Of a stretch of DNA of 55,339 nt, positions 53,201-55,339 are shown in pieces. This DNA comes from Candidatus Saccharibacteria bacterium RIFCSPHIGHO2_12_FULL_47_17 (GTDB lineage: Bacteria > Patescibacteriota > Saccharimonadia > Saccharimonadales > UBA10212). The position numbers and the translations under genes are program-made. Each line of letters starts with the position of its first letter. Position 1 is the stretch's first letter. The notes under the pieces are model-generated. The model made no database searches. It saw only the letters and a program-made list of their open reading frames with translations, and was not told the DNA's origin. The stretch is taken from the NCBI GenBank assembly GCA_001790575.1, contig MGCV01000004.1, forward strand, positions 1 to 55,339, written 5' to 3'.

Positions 53201-53834
53201 ACTGCTGAGCCAGTTTAAGAAGTTGGTCATTGACTTTTTGTTGCTCGGCCCAAGCTGATGGGTGGCTGATGTGCCCATGATCCAAAATCTCAATATAGTA
53301 ACGATCTCCAAAAATCTGCTTGTACCAAGCGGCAATGTCTTTGGCTTTTTCATATGAGCCTTGACGGAGCGTGTCACTCAACTCGCTGCCCATACAGCCA
53401 CTGAGCACAATTATTCCCTGGTTGTATTTTTCGATCAGATCACGATCGATCCGAGGCCGGTAGTAATAACCTTCTAGGTTAGCAATTGATGACAGATGCA
53501 TCAGGTTCTGATAGCCGACATCATTCATGGCCAACATTGTTAGGTGAAAGTATTGCCGGTCACGAGTCGGATCTTTGTCGCTATAGGCCCGGGGTGCAAC
53601 GTAGGCCTCCATTCCGATTATTGGCTTAACTCCGTTATTTTTAGCCTGTTTGAAAAATTCGACCGCACCGGAAAGTGTGCCATGGTCGGTTATAGCAACT
53701 GAGTCCATGCCGAGTTCTTTAACTCGTTCAACTAAAGCCGGCACCTTAGTTAAACCATCCAGCAGCGAATACTGGGTATGGGTGTGCAGGTGCACAAAAT
53801 CAGCCGGCTTTAAATCTAGCCTTGTTATTGCCAT
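50247..53834 (-). CDS. dnaE: DNA polymerase III subunit alpha
   Basis: 1195 aa with a PHP domain (FVHLHTHTQYSLLDG), a polymerase core (PDMDIDI) and a C-terminal OB fold. Confidence 0.96.
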   Translation of the reverse strand: MAITRLDLKPADFVHLHTHTQYSLLDGLTKVPALVERVKELGMDSVAITDHGTLSGAVEFFKQAKNNGVKPIIGMEAYVAPRAYSDKDPTRDRQYFHLTMLAMNDVGYQNLMHLSSIANLEGYYYRPRIDRDLIEKYNQGIIVLSGCMGSELSDTLRQGSYEKAKDIAAWYKQIFGDRYYIEILDHGHISHPSAWAEQQKVNDQLLKLAQQLKIPAVVTCDAHYLTNEDQEAHEILLCIQTGAYLDDQDRFSLADFELFVTDPKEIIGRWQAKHPELISSSRVIADRCNLDIKLGEILIPKFPTPEGETEKSLLEKQVWQGLAWRYGGVSRDKASKLSVAKAKKLLKREVIKRAEFELGVVNKMEFNGYFLIVADFINWGKDRQIVFGPGRGSAASSIMAYSLRITEIDPLEYDLLFERFLNPDRISMPDMDIDIQDNRRDEVIDYCIDKYGRDRVANIVTFGRMAARNSVRDVARVLQVPYAEADRLAKMIPPPIQGRHTPLSQHLQKVPELTAEYASNPQAARVFDLAMKLEGTIRSHGVHAAGVVIAPDNIVKFVPLEMAQKGVIATQYSMYPVEDLGLLKIDFLGLSNLTIIKNTLRIVKKVYGQDIDITQIPLDDKKTYKLLQAGETTGVFQLESDGMRRYLKQLKPTVFEDIIAMVALYRPGPMQWIDDFIARKHGQRKIEYLHPVMRQALENTYGVIVYQEQVMQISKELSGFSGGQADTLRKAIGKKNPEVMAKLKADFIEGAIKTSGAGRRIMEKFWKQLEDFAAYCFNKVHSACYGLIAYQTAYLKANWPAAFMAALMTSDYDNTDRLAIEITECRHHDIEVLPPDVNESFHEFAIVPGKQQIRFGLDAIKNVGHGAVEEVLRARQTLGGHFDSIEDFCRSVDPHIVNRKALESLIKAGALDSFADRSYLIFNIDNILALSARYHRDAASGQVDLFSGGEAEGLAPSVSWQADAPQLKPRDQLNWERELLGIYLSSHPLKDFELYLAEKSVPIGNLESGMEGSTVTLGGIVNGFREIVTRNGSKMAFVRIADTSGEVELIIFPKLLKELAVSLRLDQVILVKGRLDSSSRLGSGAIKLIAEEIVEISPEVVQDYKPTGKPAKSSQTAADKAKVKLYIRVLDSEDHNRLTALKDKLDAHGGDTEVIIVTGPSDKKQAIRLPQAIAVNEQSLRDLAAIFGPTNVVVR

Positions 53835-53841
53835 TGTCTCT

Positions 53842-53847
53842 ATTATA
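53842..53847 (-). promoter_or_regulatory. -10 box (TATAAT), leaderless geometry for dnaE
   Basis: Minus strand reads CGTATAAT-agagaca-ATG(53834). Confidence 0.45.
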
Positions 53848-53850
53848 CGA

Positions 53851-53963
53851 AATTAGGTTATAGAAATTAGGAAATAGGAATTAGAAAATAGTTAAAATGA
53901 CTCAATCCTAGTTACCGATTGCTATTTACTAATTGCTAGTTACTAATTGCTAATTGCTAGTTT
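53851..53963. repeat. CTAATT/AATTAG word-repeat element upstream of dnaE
   Basis: AATTAGGTTATAGAAATTAGGAAATAGGAATTAGAAAATAG, then the tandem 14-mers TACTAATTGCTAGT and TACTAATTGCTAAT (53927-53954). Its reverse complement shares TTCTAATTCCTA with the rpoB and radA elements. Confidence 0.65.
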
Positions 53964-54371
53964 CTAATTTCTGAGGTATCTAGCCAGATTCTTGCGAGCT
54001 TGTTTGACCTGCTTCATGGCGGCGTTAAGTTGTGGCTCGTCAGAAACGCCGTTTTTGACAGCCTTTATGACGTGCCCGGCTTTATTACGAGCATCTTTGG
54101 CCCGGATAACAGCCTCGTTGAACTCGCCTCGGGCTTGAGCCCCAAGCGCCAAGGATTTGTCCTTGGCCGCCTTAATCAGATCGGACAGTTCGTCCGACGC
54201 CTTCTTGAGTTCCTCTGCAGCTTGATCCTTTAGCTCATCAGCTTTGTCAGCCAGATCTTTTCTGGTTTCTTTACCACTTTTTGGGGCAGTTAATAGACCA
54301 CTAATGTAACCGGCTGCACCGGCAATCAGCGTCCCAATAGCCAATTTTCGACCTGTGTGATTATTTCTCAT
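53964..54371 (-). CDS. YtxH domain protein
   Basis: 135 aa with an N-terminal TM helix plus LLTAPKSGKETRKDL, followed by a long amphipathic helix. Confidence 0.7.
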   Translation of the reverse strand: MRNNHTGRKLAIGTLIAGAAGYISGLLTAPKSGKETRKDLADKADELKDQAAEELKKASDELSDLIKAAKDKSLALGAQARGEFNEAVIRAKDARNKAGHVIKAVKNGVSDEPQLNAAMKQVKQARKNLARYLRN

Positions 54372-54603
54372 CTCGTACTTTTCCCCTTCCTCGTCTATTT
54401 ACAATAGCAGAAATAAGCCTAATAAACGGCATTGCCGCGGCACCTTTTCTAACGGCTGAAGCTGCCGATTCTACACTGTCAGCTACTTGGTCGGCTCGTC
54501 TCATTAATCTAATTGCATAAATGAGTGCAAAAGCCGCGATTATTAAAAATACCGCTAAAACCGAACTAACTATAATCAATAGAACTTCAGCAGCTGTGTC
54601 CAT
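54361..54603 (-). CDS. small membrane protein (DUF948-like)
   Basis: 80 aa from the ATG at 54603, with one TM helix then a helical tail. Pairing with YtxH is a common arrangement. Confidence 0.5.
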   Translation of the reverse strand: MDTAAEVLLIIVSSVLAVFLIIAAFALIYAIRLMRRADQVADSVESAASAVRKGAAAMPFIRLISAIVNRRGRGKVRDEK

Positions 54604-54612
54604 ACTATGATT

Positions 54613-54621
54613 ACTATACCA
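54613..54621 (-). promoter_or_regulatory. extended -10 promoter (TGGTATAGT)
   Basis: Minus strand reads TGTGGTATAGT-aatcatagt-ATG(54603). Confidence 0.4.
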
Positions 54622-54797
54622 CATATACAGAAGTTACGCACTTGAGTGCTGGGGATGATTTCTTGCCGAGAAGCATAAAGGAGGCGTACAGATGGTACGT
54701 TGAGTGAGCACCGCAGGCAAAAATCGTGCCCAGTGCCAAGAGCGCCAGGACAGGCCGCACTTGGCTTGGCTTGGGATGGCGCGGTGCGTATGTCCTG

Positions 54798-55339
54798 TTA
54801 TAATTGTAGGCTTCGCAAATATTTGGCAAAATCGTCTTTGACTTCGGGGTGTTCAAGGGCAAAATCAACCACGGTTTTGAGATACTCTAACTTGTTGCCG
54901 CTATCGTAATAGCGGCCATTTTTTATTACTAGTCCGTAGAATTTATGTCCGTCTTTAATCATATTTTGCATGGAAATTTGCTGAATAAACTCTTCATCCT
55001 CGCGCCTGGTTTCCATCTGCTTATGCAAATATTCAAAAATGGTCGGTTCCAGCACGTAACCGCTAACAGTTGCAATGTCCGATGGGGCCGCTTGTTTAGT
55101 ACCCGGCTTTTCAACAATTTTCTCAACTTGAATTAGGCCTGCAGAAATCTCTTTGCCGCCGACAAAACCATAGCGCCTGTAATCATCGTCTTTGGTTACT
55201 CGCACACAAGTTAGGATACTGCCGCCACGGCTTTCGTAAACAGCCAGCATTTGTTTGAACCGGCTGGGCTCGGCTTTAACAAAATCATCAGCAAAGGCGT
55301 AAACAAATGGTTCGTTGTTAATCAAATCCTCGGCGTTCA
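54798..55339 (-). CDS. galU: UTP--glucose-1-phosphate uridylyltransferase, C-terminal part (start beyond the right edge)
   Basis: The frame is open to the window end (..NAEDLINNEPFVYAFADD..). VEKP, YGF and GRYYDSGNKLEYLK are typical GalU blocks. Confidence 0.8.
   Translation of the reverse strand, partial: NAEDLINNEPFVYAFADDFVKAEPSRFKQMLAVYESRGGSILTCVRVTKDDDYRRYGFVGGKEISAGLIQVEKIVEKPGTKQAAPSDIATVSGYVLEPTIFEYLHKQMETRREDEEFIQQISMQNMIKDGHKFYGLVIKNGRYYDSGNKLEYLKTVVDFALEHPEVKDDFAKYLRSLQL

Noticed and set aside
54640-54797. SRP (4.5S) RNA, 6S RNA or a tRNA in the GC-rich gap.
   Set aside because: Neither strand has a GGAA/GNAR tetraloop with flanking AGCA/GGAAG symmetric-loop motifs, a cloverleaf, or 6S-like end pairing.

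Overview
This is a 55.3-kb, densely coded chromosomal window, mostly minus-strand housekeeping genes. The style looks like a reduced genome of the Patescibacteria/Saccharibacteria type (Lys/Glu-rich protein tails, very short spacers, many leaderless-looking starts). That placement is inference only.

Core genes, left to right:
- a YjbQ-like gene and a PPC-domain gene
- rpsJ, tuf, fusA, rpsG, rpsL, rpoC, rpoB
- clpP, tig, hisS, tRNA-Leu(UAG), rsmD, recG, tyrS
- a class A PBP, radA, clpC, nusA, an acyltransferase, pepN
- yraN, rnhB, rplS, pilB, a TrmH-like gene, a CAP-domain protein, dnaE
- a YtxH/DUF948-like pair and a truncated galU

I saw no rRNA, CRISPR array, transposase or integrase.

Parts not explained by housekeeping:
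1. A ~6-kb accessory island (about 31.2-37.2 kb) lies between the radA neighbourhood and clpC. Its left half is a run of small orphan ORFs, with every gap carrying a same-orientation GC-rich repeat (CCGGCGGGCTCY).
2. The island's right half holds a divergent pair: a ParB/Srx-like 170-aa gene and a MORC-like GHKL ATPase. They share a control region with a promoter, a 7-codon mini-ORF and a terminator. This is my best candidate for an undescribed conflict or defence module.
3. CIRCE-type inverted repeats overlap the -35 boxes of both clpP and clpC.
4. The str operon carries three insertions. One is a FabD-like acyltransferase with its own promoter.
5. A frameshifted short-form hisG is ATGA-coupled to hisS.
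6. At least eleven genes have a -10 box 6-9 nt upstream of the start codon, suggesting leaderless mRNAs.
7. AT-rich word repeats (CTAATT/AATTAG) occur upstream of rpoB, radA and dnaE, including a 29-bp identical block shared by two of them.

All functional calls come from reading the translations and motifs by eye. No database search was run.
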